Virus record (IMG/VR): IMGVR_UViG_3300000948_000002
Location: 1-41,598 of that record
DNA from: a virus
DNA: 41,598 nucleotides
Reading direction: 5' to 3' (one strand)
The notes beneath the pieces were generated by a model. It searched no databases and was not told the DNA's origin. It saw nothing but the letters and a program-made list of their open reading frames with translations. The position numbers and the translations under genes were made by a program. How positions within the stretch are numbered: the first letter of the stretch is position 1; every line of letters starts with the position of its first letter. Shown piece after piece: positions 18,900-27,348 of the stretch.

Positions 18900-19101
18900 C
18901 AAAGTGCGTGTCGATAAATTTAGTCCACCAAAATTTATATCTCACACCGATTAAATCCTACCACAATTGTTTAATCTATTAGCACCAAAAAATGACCTCA
19001 ATTGTATAAACCGCAAGCACGAAAAACCGCCCCAAATCACCCAAAATAATCCGTAAAATCTCACGAAAAAAAATGCTCACCAAATAGGCGATTTTCAGTT
19101 T

Positions 19102-19127
19102 TGTGTCCAGTGTACCTGTGTCCAGTA
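19102..19127 (-). repeat. Two iteron copies (TGTGTCCAGT at 19102-19111 and 19117-19126) in inverted orientation relative to 19224 and 19299
   Basis: They were read directly. The reverse complement ACTGGACACA matches the core of the two downstream copies. Each copy is flanked by TTTTCAG. Confidence 0.7.
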
Positions 19128-19140
19128 GTTTTCAGGTCGC

Positions 19141-19221
19141 TTCGTAGAATTTAACATACAAAAAAAAAACTAAAATAAAACTTACAGTATACTCTAATTA
19201 TTTATCTGACTTTAATATAAA
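19141..19221. other. AT-rich tract between inverted iteron groups (candidate DNA-unwinding element)
   Basis: The sequence is ttcgtagaatttaacatacaaaaaaaaaactaaaataaaacttacagtatactctaattatttatctgactttaatataaag. It contains very few G or C. Confidence 0.4.
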
Positions 19222-19223
19222 GT

Positions 19224-19239
19224 GGACACTGGACACAAG
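19224..19239 (+). repeat. Iteron GGACACTGGACACAAG, copy A
   Basis: It is an exact 16-mer that is repeated at 19299..19314. Confidence 0.8.
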
Positions 19240-19298
19240 CACCGTAGCTACCATGAAATCATTGACTTTTTACTGTGCCCACTAAAAAACCCCATTCA

Positions 19299-19314
19299 GG
19301 ACACTGGACACAAG
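19299..19314 (+). repeat. Iteron GGACACTGGACACAAG, copy B
   Basis: It is an exact 16-mer identical to 19224..19239, 75 bp downstream of copy A. It ends 27 nt before the primase-helicase stop. Confidence 0.8.
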
Positions 19315-19340
19315 AATAGGGCTTAAATCGAACACAAAGC

Positions 19341-22046
19341 TTATAAGCTCACTGTGAGTATTTCATAGTCAATATCATCACGAGGTATTAAACCTGAAAT
19401 TATGATAGGAGTTTTGTTATTTATCCTGATTCTCTTGGTACCAATCACACAATCATCACCCGATACCGTCGCTTTTCCTTTGAAATTGACCGACGACTTA
19501 GAAACCTTCGAAAACTGGACACTGTTTTCAACGACAATATCGACGAGTCTCGAGTAGAATTTTGTCGTCTTTAAAGGGTACGCTCCACGCTCTTTTGTAT
19601 ACTCTGCATACACCTTCCAAAGCGTCTTTTTGCATATAAAATACTCATCTCTTTTAGGCTCATGAATCATGAAAGGCACCTCACTTGGCTCAATTTTTAT
19701 GTCCTCTATTGAATCCTGTGGCATTTCATCTCGAACCTGTGGCTTCTCATAATCAGAGATAGGTTTGAAGCCGAGCACTTCTTTTGGTGTCTCACCTTTT
19801 TCCATAGCTTGAGCTTGTACCCATCTTGCCACGTTCTCTCTGGTCTTCTCTCGTTTGGTGCAAATTTTCGGGCTACTTTCTTGCACTATACTTTCGCCCG
19901 TGGATATGCGTGGGTCGATCGTGAGTGCTTTTTGGTAGAAATCAAGCACTGAATCTCTGTCCTCTTTAAACTCGTCTTTAATTTGATCAATTTTGTGTGA
20001 TTTTGAGAACTTCCATCCTTGGGTCTTGAGTCGTTTGAAGCCTTCGATACACATATTGAGTACACCGGCCATTTCGGATTCAATAATCTTATGGGCTATA
20101 GCGACGTCGAGGTTGCCATTTTCTTGGGTGAATTTGGCGTTGAACGGCACGATTAACATCTTACGAAACCATCCGTGGTTCGCCTTACCGCCTGATGGTA
20201 GTTCGTTGCATGTGAATATGAGTTTAGTTTTGGGTTTTATGACGTATGAGGCTTTGCCTTTTTCTGCGGCTGTGATTGGGTTACCTGATGCGATACGCTT
20301 GACGGCTTCCCATTGTTCGGCGGCGCCACGTCCTCCGCTTGGTAGTTCTTCGCAAATATTAACAAGTGCTTTACACATTTGATGCATGAAAAACTGTGAC
20401 GAGTCGCTTGCCATGTGTTTAGCATCGACGGCTGATACGGAGTTACCGAGTAGTTCTTGGAAAATGTCTAGTAGTGTAGATTTTCCGTTGGCACCTTCGC
20501 CAGATAATACTAGAAACTGTGATGTTAGAGACGGTGACACACCTGATAGGCAGTAGCCAAAGTATTCCAGTAGTACATGCTCTAACTCACTGTCACCGAC
20601 GGTTACATTTTTTAGTAGTTGTGTGAACATGGGTGCGCTGGCACTTGGATCGTAGTCGAAATCTAGCATTTGCCTGAACCCGTATGAAGGGCAGTGCTCT
20701 ATAATCTCGCCTGTTTTAATATCGACGATACCGTTTTTGCAGTTAACTTTTCCGTGTGCTTTTGGGGTGTCGAAAAAATCCATTTCATCTAGGTTCGTGC
20801 ATTGTACGAGGGACTTAAATTCACTTCGTTCTATTGCTTTTGGTGCAGGTTTAAAGTGTTCTTGTGCGTATGCTTCGATGTATCGTTTGTTTCGTGCTCG
20901 CCAGTATTTACCTTCGTATCTATAGTGCATTTCGTTGATGTTTTTAAAAGGTACACTTTTCTTGTAGTATTTTAGAAGGTCTTCGTGTTGCGCTATAAGT
21001 ACGCCTCGTTGGTTCGGGACTCGAAAACCGACGTGATCAGAGGCTATAAAATCAGGGTTTTTAAGCATGATTGGTGATTTTACTTTTTTATAATTAGGGC
21101 ACGCTTTGCACTTGCCCCATATTTTATCTATTGATTCACAGGTTCGGGGGCCGGATGATTTAAGGGCACGCTCCATTTTATCTTTTGTTGCTTCGGGGCT
21201 AAAACCTTTATGTCCTTTGGAGTATTCGATACATTTTTTTAGTGCGTCTTTTAATCTAGCGGTAAGTGATATGGCGGCAAACCAGAACGGCTCGGATACG
21301 TCGCCCTTTTTTTTCTTGACGTGTTTTAGAAAATCGCATCCGGCCTCGACGGACTGGGTGTCGACTTTGATGTGAGACATTTGTTTATTGGTTATTTGTT
21401 CGCTGTCTTTTAGGAGTTTTAGCCCTGAAATAGCGCGCAGGTCGATATCGTAAGCCTCGGCTTTAGGGTTAATTATCTCGACTGGCTTCTCGCCGATACC
21501 GGGTTTAAAGTTAGTGGTTAGTGGTACTCGAAACATTTTTTTAGGCGAGAACACCGCGCGGTCACATAAACCTTTTAAACCAGCCATTCCAAAGGATATA
21601 TCTAGCTTATTACATATCTCGTCGTAGTCACGTTTATAGGTTTTAAAATACCCCATCTTTTTATTTTGGAACGGGGTTTTAAGTTTTATTACTATATGTA
21701 GTCCGTTACCGGATTTAATGCTGATGATTTTTTCTGGTTCTACTCGCATGATACGAGATAAAATTTCCACGTATTTATCTGCTTGTTCTAGGTCAATTTT
21801 GTCGATATCAAAAAACAAAAGTCCTTGGTGTGTCCAATCCCTAGACTTTATACCGCCCTCTGCACTCTTGTCTAAATGCGCCAGAGTCATAAAAATATTT
21901 TTTCTATTCTCTTTAGGTATGTCTTCTAAATATTTTTCGGGGTTTTGTAGTAGTTCGTTGGGGTCGTTAACCGCTACATACGGTGTGATAGGGAGTACAG
22001 CCCCGTTCTTATTATTATAAGTATGTTGTTTCATTAGATAAAGCAA
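19341..22046 (-). CDS. Bifunctional AEP primase-polymerase / D5-like SF3 helicase (about 900 aa)
   Basis: AEP motifs are present: LFFDIDKID (DxD), SGNGLHIVIKL (sGxGxH) and FRVPLTTNFK. There is a Cys cluster CESIDKIWGKCKACPNY and a Walker A LSGEGANGKSTLL. A C-terminal extension of about 200 aa follows. The track start is TTG, and ATG 22034 is an alternative. Confidence 0.85.
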   Translation of the reverse strand: MLYLMKQHTYNNKNGAVLPITPYVAVNDPNELLQNPEKYLEDIPKENRKNIFMTLAHLDKSAEGGIKSRDWTHQGLLFFDIDKIDLEQADKYVEILSRIMRVEPEKIISIKSGNGLHIVIKLKTPFQNKKMGYFKTYKRDYDEICNKLDISFGMAGLKGLCDRAVFSPKKMFRVPLTTNFKPGIGEKPVEIINPKAEAYDIDLRAISGLKLLKDSEQITNKQMSHIKVDTQSVEAGCDFLKHVKKKKGDVSEPFWFAAISLTARLKDALKKCIEYSKGHKGFSPEATKDKMERALKSSGPRTCESIDKIWGKCKACPNYKKVKSPIMLKNPDFIASDHVGFRVPNQRGVLIAQHEDLLKYYKKSVPFKNINEMHYRYEGKYWRARNKRYIEAYAQEHFKPAPKAIERSEFKSLVQCTNLDEMDFFDTPKAHGKVNCKNGIVDIKTGEIIEHCPSYGFRQMLDFDYDPSASAPMFTQLLKNVTVGDSELEHVLLEYFGYCLSGVSPSLTSQFLVLSGEGANGKSTLLDIFQELLGNSVSAVDAKHMASDSSQFFMHQMCKALVNICEELPSGGRGAAEQWEAVKRIASGNPITAAEKGKASYVIKPKTKLIFTCNELPSGGKANHGWFRKMLIVPFNAKFTQENGNLDVAIAHKIIESEMAGVLNMCIEGFKRLKTQGWKFSKSHKIDQIKDEFKEDRDSVLDFYQKALTIDPRISTGESIVQESSPKICTKREKTRENVARWVQAQAMEKGETPKEVLGFKPISDYEKPQVRDEMPQDSIEDIKIEPSEVPFMIHEPKRDEYFICKKTLWKVYAEYTKERGAYPLKTTKFYSRLVDIVVENSVQFSKVSKSSVNFKGKATVSGDDCVIGTKRIRINNKTPIIISGLIPRDDIDYEILTVSL

Positions 22047-22236
22047 AGTAACCCCCGTTTTGCCACGTTTGGTTTTTGATATTTAGTTGAAATTAAATGG
22101 TGCCATTAGCTCATAAGCGTGGTCAAGTTAATTTGTGAATGCTTAGAGTATCAGCTAGTTATTATTGCTTTTGCAAGCAAAGTGATATACAAAACAGACA
22201 CCTCAAATTTTATACACTAAGGAAAGGTGAATCAAT

Positions 22237-22407
22237 ATGAGCACAGAGATGTACGTAAAGCAAATTGCTGAAGAGTTTAGAAAATTTAACGAGTCGTTTA
22301 AAGACTACAATGATACAACAAAAATGTTGCATGATATGATTGTTGACCTAGTAGATGAAATAAGAAACGTGGAGAGTGACGACAATGAACTGGAAGAAAC
22401 TGACTGA
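22237..22407 (+). CDS. Hypothetical small acidic protein (56 aa; below the track cutoff)
   Basis: AAGGAAAGGTGA lies upstream of the ATG. My translation is MSTEMYVKQIAEEFRKFNESFKDYNDTTKMLHDMIVDLVDEIRNVESDDNELEETD. Confidence 0.5.
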   Translation: MSTEMYVKQIAEEFRKFNESFKDYNDTTKMLHDMIVDLVDEIRNVESDDNELEETD

Positions 22408-22618
22408 CGAGACAAGAGAAGCGTATAACAATTCACAAGAGGGTCGAAGTATTAGAGAGTTAATACTTGCTAACCACGAGATGATTAGACAAATGGACGA
22501 GGTAGTTTCTTATAACCTAAGCCAAATCGAGTATCAAAACAAAGTAAGGAAGTATAATGAATTTCAACAATTTACCAGAAAGAGACTTAGATCCACCAAA
22601 GAAGTGCAAGGACTGTGA
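22385..22618 (+). CDS. Hypothetical protein (about 77 aa)
   Basis: The track ORF 22376..22618 starts at GTG. An ATG lies at 22385 (MNWKKLTDETREAYNN...). Confidence 0.45.
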   Translation: MNWKKLTDETREAYNNSQEGRSIRELILANHEMIRQMDEVVSYNLSQIEYQNKVRKYNEFQQFTRKRLRSTKEVQGL

Positions 22619-22706
22619 GAGAGAAGCCGGCTACTTAGTAATGGACATGTGCCCTGATTGTTACAACATTGCAAAGGCGGATTATGACTATGACCAAACC
22701 AAATAG
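22557..22706 (+). CDS. Small zinc-ribbon protein (49 aa)
   Basis: There is an AAGGAAG SD. My translation is MNFNNLPERDLDPPKKCKDCEREAGYLVMDMCPDCYNIAKADYDYDQTK, with CxxC...CxxC. It overlaps the previous ORF by 62 nt. Confidence 0.45.
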   Translation: MNFNNLPERDLDPPKKCKDCEREAGYLVMDMCPDCYNIAKADYDYDQTK

Positions 22707-22815
22707 AGAATACATAGCAGAACTAATCACTATGCTTGAAAAAGAGAGCATATGTATTGACGAGTTTTTAGATAATTTAAAAGAACACATAACTGGGAAG
22801 GTAAGTAATGGATGA
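22684..22815 (+). CDS. Hypothetical small protein (43 aa)
   Basis: There is an AAGGCGG SD. My translation is MTMTKPNREYIAELITMLEKESICIDEFLDNLKEHITGKVSNG. Confidence 0.35.
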   Translation: MTMTKPNREYIAELITMLEKESICIDEFLDNLKEHITGKVSNG

Positions 22816-22885
22816 AATAATATTATTCTCAGCATTTTTTATGACGGTAGTTTTTATACTACAATTGTTCGGGGTTTATTTATGA
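22808..22885 (+). CDS. Hydrophobic micro-ORF (25 aa)
   Basis: My translation is MDEIILFSAFFMTVVFILQLFGVYL. It is coupled by ATGA to the next gene at 22882. Confidence 0.3.
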   Translation: MDEIILFSAFFMTVVFILQLFGVYL

Positions 22886-23253
22886 CCAACGAAGAATTAA
22901 AGGAAAAAGCTATCGAGAAATGTAGGGGGTTGATACACAAGACACAAAAACCTCACATAATAAACATGTCTCATGTAGTTAGGGCGGAGGACATAAAAGT
23001 CAACCACCATTGGGACTTTATGCGAGACACAATACACGTTAACTCATCCGACAACAGTATCACCGTAAAACTCGTACTTTCTAATGGAGAGGTATTTTAT
23101 ACAGTGCCGACACACTTCTCTGAGGAGCTAAATAAACCAGTTTTCGGTAAAAACGATAAGTCATTCGTAAACTTTGAAACGAGAGGCTTACTGTCTGAGA
23201 ACGATTACAGTGTATTAATGGCTACATTTGATAGGTATAACCATATGTTTTAG
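22882..23253 (+). CDS. Hypothetical protein (123 aa)
   Basis: This is a track ORF coupled to the upstream ORF. I recognise no motif. Confidence 0.55.
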   Translation: MTNEELKEKAIEKCRGLIHKTQKPHIINMSHVVRAEDIKVNHHWDFMRDTIHVNSSDNSITVKLVLSNGEVFYTVPTHFSEELNKPVFGKNDKSFVNFETRGLLSENDYSVLMATFDRYNHMF

Positions 23254-23287
23254 TTAAAGCAAAGGTCTAGCATACCGATCTAAAGGC

Positions 23288-23698
23288 ATGAATAAAGACA
23301 ACATACTTTTAGCTCTTATACTAATACTTTTAATTTTAGCACAATGCACAGACTATAAATTAAGGGAGAAAATTATGTTGGATAAAAACACAGAACCAAC
23401 AGAACAAGAAATCGAAGACCATTTAAACGAGATGACCGAACGTGAAGAGGACAGGCATAAACATGCTAGAGGCTTGTTAAATGTTTGGATACATGAAGAG
23501 GGTATCAACAATACAAGCGAGCACGCACTTCACACACTTACTATGGAGCTATGCTCCCACTACAAAAACCACCACGATTATTTATCACAAGTAAAAGAAC
23601 TAACTAAACTCATGCTCAAAACATGTGATTGGATTGGTCACCAAAGCCCAAAAGAATATGCCGAGCTGCGAAACAGCGTACTTGGTAGAATACAATGA
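23288..23698 (+). CDS. Hypothetical protein with an N-terminal hydrophobic segment (136 aa; alternative start 23375)
   Basis: The N-terminus reads MNKDNILLALILILLILAQC. An internal ATG at 23375 has a strong AAGGGAG SD 6 nt upstream. Confidence 0.5.
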   Translation: MNKDNILLALILILLILAQCTDYKLREKIMLDKNTEPTEQEIEDHLNEMTEREEDRHKHARGLLNVWIHEEGINNTSEHALHTLTMELCSHYKNHHDYLSQVKELTKLMLKTCDWIGHQSPKEYAELRNSVLGRIQ

Positions 23699-23772
23699 AC
23701 GACGACTACCTAGCCATGTTTATAATGATTCTTATATTTCTCGGACTAGTGGCGATTATAATGAAAGGCTAG
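23695..23772 (+). CDS. Hydrophobic micro-ORF (25 aa)
   Basis: My translation is MNDDYLAMFIMILIFLGLVAIIMKG. Its ATGA overlaps the preceding stop. Confidence 0.3.
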   Translation: MNDDYLAMFIMILIFLGLVAIIMKG

Positions 23773-23814
23773 GATATGGTATTATGTAGCTATAACCAAT
23801 AGCACGAGATACCA

Positions 23815-24051
23815 ATGATACGCATCGAAATACCCCATGAGAAAATACTCTGCGAAGAGGTAGCTATATTCATGCTAACCGCAAAAGAGGTAGCCGATTC
23901 GGCTGTCTTAGATAACGGCACATTTGTGTTGTTCTTCGAAGACAAGGAAAATAAAGACCTTTTTACCGAGAAGCTAAGCAAAATACTAGATGAAGCCGAG
24001 AAGGATGATACGTGGCACTGGGAGCCAGAGCCGCCTAAATATCTACACTGA
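23815..24051 (+). CDS. Hypothetical acidic protein (78 aa)
   Basis: This is a track ORF. The antisense ORF 23790..23981 was judged spurious. Confidence 0.5.
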   Translation: MIRIEIPHEKILCEEVAIFMLTAKEVADSAVLDNGTFVLFFEDKENKDLFTEKLSKILDEAEKDDTWHWEPEPPKYLH

Positions 24052-24061
24052 GGTACATCAC

Positions 24062-24217
24062 ATGAGAGACAAACTCTATTTGTTTATAGGCATCGTAGCA
24101 CTAATAATTTATTTATTTTTTTATGTGAAACTCAGAAACAAACTAGAAATTTGCCAAGAACATGTGCCCTTTATTTCACCAATAGAATGCATCTTTTCTA
24201 CAATTAATTATAAATAA
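24062..24217 (+). CDS. Small membrane protein (51 aa)
   Basis: A GAGG SD lies upstream of ATG 24062. The protein is MRDKLYLFIGIVALIIYLFFYVKLRN... with one TM segment. The track ORF 23990.. is an upstream extension that overlaps the previous gene. Confidence 0.45.
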   Translation: MRDKLYLFIGIVALIIYLFFYVKLRNKLEICQEHVPFISPIECIFSTINYK

Positions 24218-24305
24218 CCTTGCTATCAACATGTGTTTTAGCTAGCGTAACTTGACGGCTGCTTTTTAGTTGTTGGGTTTGGTTTAGTGGTCGTCATTTT
24301 TTATT

Positions 24306-24497
24306 ATGAAATATGAAATTATATACACATGCGACAGATGCCATTTTACAGAAGTAACCAAAAATGATTATATAGACAAATCGTTTAAGGGCTGCCTCTG
24401 TGGTGGCGAAAAATTAATTGCACACATTAGGGAGTTTAAAAATGGAAAACATGGACAAGCTAAAAGAAGTTCTAAAGTATCTAAAAATGGCAGTTGA
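24306..24497 (+). CDS. Small zinc-ribbon-like protein (63 aa)
   Basis: It contains CDRC...CLCGG, a pattern of four Cys. Confidence 0.45.
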   Translation: MKYEIIYTCDRCHFTEVTKNDYIDKSFKGCLCGGEKLIAHIREFKNGKHGQAKRSSKVSKNGS

Positions 24498-24609
24498 AAA
24501 ACTAGAGTATTGTTTAGACGGCGACAAGTCTGAAGGCCCAGTTGGTTCTATTGACGAATTAAAAGAACGTGCAAAAGGCATGGCCGAAAGTGAAATGTCA
24601 GATAAGTAA
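24442..24609 (+). CDS. Hypothetical small helical protein (55 aa)
   Basis: An AGGGAG SD lies upstream of ATG 24442 (MENMDKLKEVLKYLK...). Its stop overlaps the SNF2 start (TAATG). Confidence 0.45.
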   Translation: MENMDKLKEVLKYLKMAVEKLEYCLDGDKSEGPVGSIDELKERAKGMAESEMSDK

Positions 24610-26015
24610 TGATAAAACTTTGGAAGCATCAAGCTGAAGCTATAGAGCGTGCAAAAAAGCTCAACGGCTTCGGCCTTTTTTTTGAAGTAGGTACAGGCAA
24701 AACTTTAACCGCAATTCGAATGTTGCAAGACAAGTTTGGTTCTCAACCCGTAAAACCTACAATGATACTATGTCCGCCGATAGTTATTCAAAACTGGAAG
24801 CGTGAGCTACTAGCGCATACGGACATACCAGAAAAGCGGATAATACCTTTAGTCGGACCAGGAAAAAAAAGATACAGGCTATTTAATACAAGCCCTAAAA
24901 ACTCTATATTCATAACCAATTATGCAACACTTGGTATGGTTGATTTAATGAATCTATTTGTTTTTTGGGAGCCGCATTGCTTAGTCCTTGACGAGAGTCA
25001 CAAGTGTAAAAATTTAAAAGCGAGAAGGACTAAGAATGCAATCAGGCTGGCTGCGAAGGCGAAGCATAAGTTTATACTTTCTGGGACACCGATTTTAAAT
25101 TCCATGTTGGATATTTTTACACAGTATAAAATACTTGATGACAGTGTATTCGGTAAAAACTACTACACTTTTAGGAATGAGTATTTTGTCGATAAAAACA
25201 GGTACATGCCTGCACACATTAAATTCCAAGACTGGGTACCTAAAGAGGGTGCCGATGAATTGATTCGTGAGAAAATGGCGACTAACTCGATGTTCGTTGA
25301 AAAAAAGGATTGTCTCGATTTACCACCTTTGGTTAAAACCAAGTGCGAAGTTGAGCTAAGTCCAAAACAAAAGAAGGCATACAACGCCTTAAGAGACGAC
25401 TTTATTGCCGCAATTGATTCGGGGGTGTGTACTGCCGAGCTAGCAATAACCAAGGGTTTACGTTTACAGCAAATTGTTTCAGGGCACATACCTCTTGAGC
25501 TTCTCGACGGCAAAAAGAAAATGTATGAGTTTTCTAAGAATCCTAGATCGGCTGCCTTATCTGAGTTACTTCATGATCTAACCCCACACCACAAAGTCAT
25601 AGTATGGGCGGTGTTCAAGCAAAACTATGAAAAGATTAAAGAGGTTTGTGAGGGGTTAAAAATAGGATATGTCGAGTGTCACGGGGGCATCAATCCTAAA
25701 CAAAAACAAGAAAACGTTGATCAATTTAACACCGACGAAGAGACAAGGGTATTCATTGGTAATCCGGGAAGTGCTGGCATTGGTATTAATTTAATCGCTA
25801 GTGACATATCAATATTTTATACCCGTAATTTTAGTTTAGAAAATGATCAGCAAGCTGAAGCTCGTAACTATCGGGGCGGATCAGAAATACATAAAAAAAT
25901 CACACGTATAGATATCGTCACCCCCGGCACTATCGACGAGCAAGTAATGTTAGCTCTTGCTAGCAAAAAAGATATTGGCTATAACGTCTTGAAGGGGTTA
26001 AAAGATAGCTTATGA
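24609..26015 (+). CDS. SNF2-family (SF2) DNA helicase/translocase
   Basis: Motif I is EVGTGKTLTA, motif II is LVLDESHKCKN, motif III is ILSGTPILNS and motif VI is QAEARNYRGGS. Confidence 0.85.
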   Translation: MIKLWKHQAEAIERAKKLNGFGLFFEVGTGKTLTAIRMLQDKFGSQPVKPTMILCPPIVIQNWKRELLAHTDIPEKRIIPLVGPGKKRYRLFNTSPKNSIFITNYATLGMVDLMNLFVFWEPHCLVLDESHKCKNLKARRTKNAIRLAAKAKHKFILSGTPILNSMLDIFTQYKILDDSVFGKNYYTFRNEYFVDKNRYMPAHIKFQDWVPKEGADELIREKMATNSMFVEKKDCLDLPPLVKTKCEVELSPKQKKAYNALRDDFIAAIDSGVCTAELAITKGLRLQQIVSGHIPLELLDGKKKMYEFSKNPRSAALSELLHDLTPHHKVIVWAVFKQNYEKIKEVCEGLKIGYVECHGGINPKQKQENVDQFNTDEETRVFIGNPGSAGIGINLIASDISIFYTRNFSLENDQQAEARNYRGGSEIHKKITRIDIVTPGTIDEQVMLALASKKDIGYNVLKGLKDSL

Positions 26016-26416
26016 GTAATGAAGTAACAGTAAAAGAATTAACAGAGCTTTGTAAAAAGCTATATGAGACGAGAGCCGAGCACACAAAAATGACTGCCGA
26101 TGCCAAAGCCAAGGGTGCCGAGCTAGCACTTTTGAAATCTAAAATCACACAGATACTACAAGACAATGAAATGAAAAGTCATGAGTGTGAGTTTGGAAAA
26201 GTATTTACTAGTGTTAAGAAGACTTTAAAATTTTCATCGAAGCCAGAGTTTTTAGAGTACCTACGAGAAGTGGGCCAGTTTGACGAGTACGCAACGGTAA
26301 GTACACGGGTGAGAAAGTGGGTTGAAGAAGAACAAGAAAATCAAGCCCTAGGGTGGAAACCCCCCGGAATTGAAGGTATAGAAGAGTTTCAGACTGTGAC
26401 AATGAGGAAAAAATGA
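26012..26416 (+). CDS. Hypothetical protein (134 aa) with a coiled-coil N-terminus
   Basis: This is a track ORF with an ATGA overlap to the SNF2 gene. Confidence 0.55.
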   Translation: MSNEVTVKELTELCKKLYETRAEHTKMTADAKAKGAELALLKSKITQILQDNEMKSHECEFGKVFTSVKKTLKFSSKPEFLEYLREVGQFDEYATVSTRVRKWVEEEQENQALGWKPPGIEGIEEFQTVTMRKK

Positions 26417-26601
26417 AAAAAGATACGCCCATATTAGACTTGATGGTAGCTGATAAAATGGCTGATTTACTCGTCGAGGGTTCAAACCCTGATCGAGACA
26501 GAACAAGGGTATTAGCACTTATTAAAGTGTTGCCAAAATATATTGAAATGATTATGAGTGAAAAGAAGTTAGTTAAGAAAAGTGTGAAAAAAGAAAAATG
26601 A
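26413..26601 (+). CDS. Hypothetical protein (62 aa)
   Basis: This is a track ORF with an ATGA overlap. The C-terminus is K-rich. Confidence 0.45.
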   Translation: MKKDTPILDLMVADKMADLLVEGSNPDRDRTRVLALIKVLPKYIEMIMSEKKLVKKSVKKEK

Positions 26602-26625
26602 AAAACGAAAAAGGAGTAATGAAAA

Positions 26626-27339
26626 ATGGAAAATGAATTAGTGAAAAGTGAATCAAGCGCACCTGTAATTGGCAATCCGAAATCAAGAGCAATGGAGAAC
26701 ATTGACCTCGAAGACTTCGTGATACCCTACATTAGATTAATACAAAAAATGTCAAACACTGATGGTACCGACGCAAAGTTCGGCGACATAACCTCAAGTG
26801 AAGGCGACAAGTTTTTAGGTAATGCTGAAAAGCCAGCAAAGTTTGTAGTTGTTAAAACACTACCTAAGACATTTACAATATCGAAAAAAGACGGCAGCAT
26901 GTTTCGTTGGTGCGGAGTAGAGCCATGGGACGCTAGTGTAAGCAGTCAATGGTTTTTTGAACGTGACGGAATTGAGCACAAAAGAGAAAAGACATTTCAT
27001 TTTTATGTGATGTTTGAGGGTGACATTGCACCTAGCAAAATATCTCTAAGGGGTGCTAGTACTAAGTGTGGCGCACAGATTGCAACGAATGTAATCAAGC
27101 TTACTAGCCTTGGAAAAGACACGTGGGAAAATTTCATGTCTTTAAAATCTAAAAAGATTTCAGGTGACGGCAAAAGCTACTGTGTGTTCTTGTCTGATTT
27201 AGTTCATCAAAAAGATGAGAGCGAAGCACCTAGTGAAGACTTACAAGCTAAGGCTAAAATGTGGGAAGAATTAGTTTCTACAAAACCGAACGCAATAAAA
27301 GAAGCTGATGAAAATGCGGCTGACGAAATTCCATTTTAG
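26626..27339 (+). CDS. Putative ssDNA-binding protein (T7 gp2.5-like in size and position) with an SSB-type acidic C-terminal tail
   Basis: The protein is 237 aa and lies between the helicase and polymerase genes. There is an AAGGAG SD. The C-terminus DENAADEIPF resembles the bacterial SSB tip (DDDIPF) and the acidic Phe-terminal tail of gp2.5. Confidence 0.45.
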   Translation: MENELVKSESSAPVIGNPKSRAMENIDLEDFVIPYIRLIQKMSNTDGTDAKFGDITSSEGDKFLGNAEKPAKFVVVKTLPKTFTISKKDGSMFRWCGVEPWDASVSSQWFFERDGIEHKREKTFHFYVMFEGDIAPSKISLRGASTKCGAQIATNVIKLTSLGKDTWENFMSLKSKKISGDGKSYCVFLSDLVHQKDESEAPSEDLQAKAKMWEELVSTKPNAIKEADENAADEIPF

Positions 27340-27348
27340 AGAAACCCA

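Noticed and set aside
19224-19314. Reading the TGGACA units as -35 elements of plus-strand promoters
   Set aside because: No acceptable -10 hexamer lies 16-18 nt downstream of any copy. Transcription from them would run antisense into the primase-helicase gene. The inverted/direct arrangement around an AT-rich tract fits protein-binding iterons better.
22635-22835. A 66-aa minus-strand ORF in the early plus-strand block
   Set aside because: It is antisense to a chain of coupled plus-strand micro-ORFs that have SD sequences. Its hydrophobic translation is consistent with an antisense artefact.
26214-26702. A 162-aa minus-strand ORF antisense to three plus-strand genes
   Set aside because: Its sequence is low-complexity and F/S/L-rich, typical of the reverse frame of K/E-rich genes. 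It has no SD. The plus-strand genes are translationally coupled and fit the operon, so I judged this ORF spurious.
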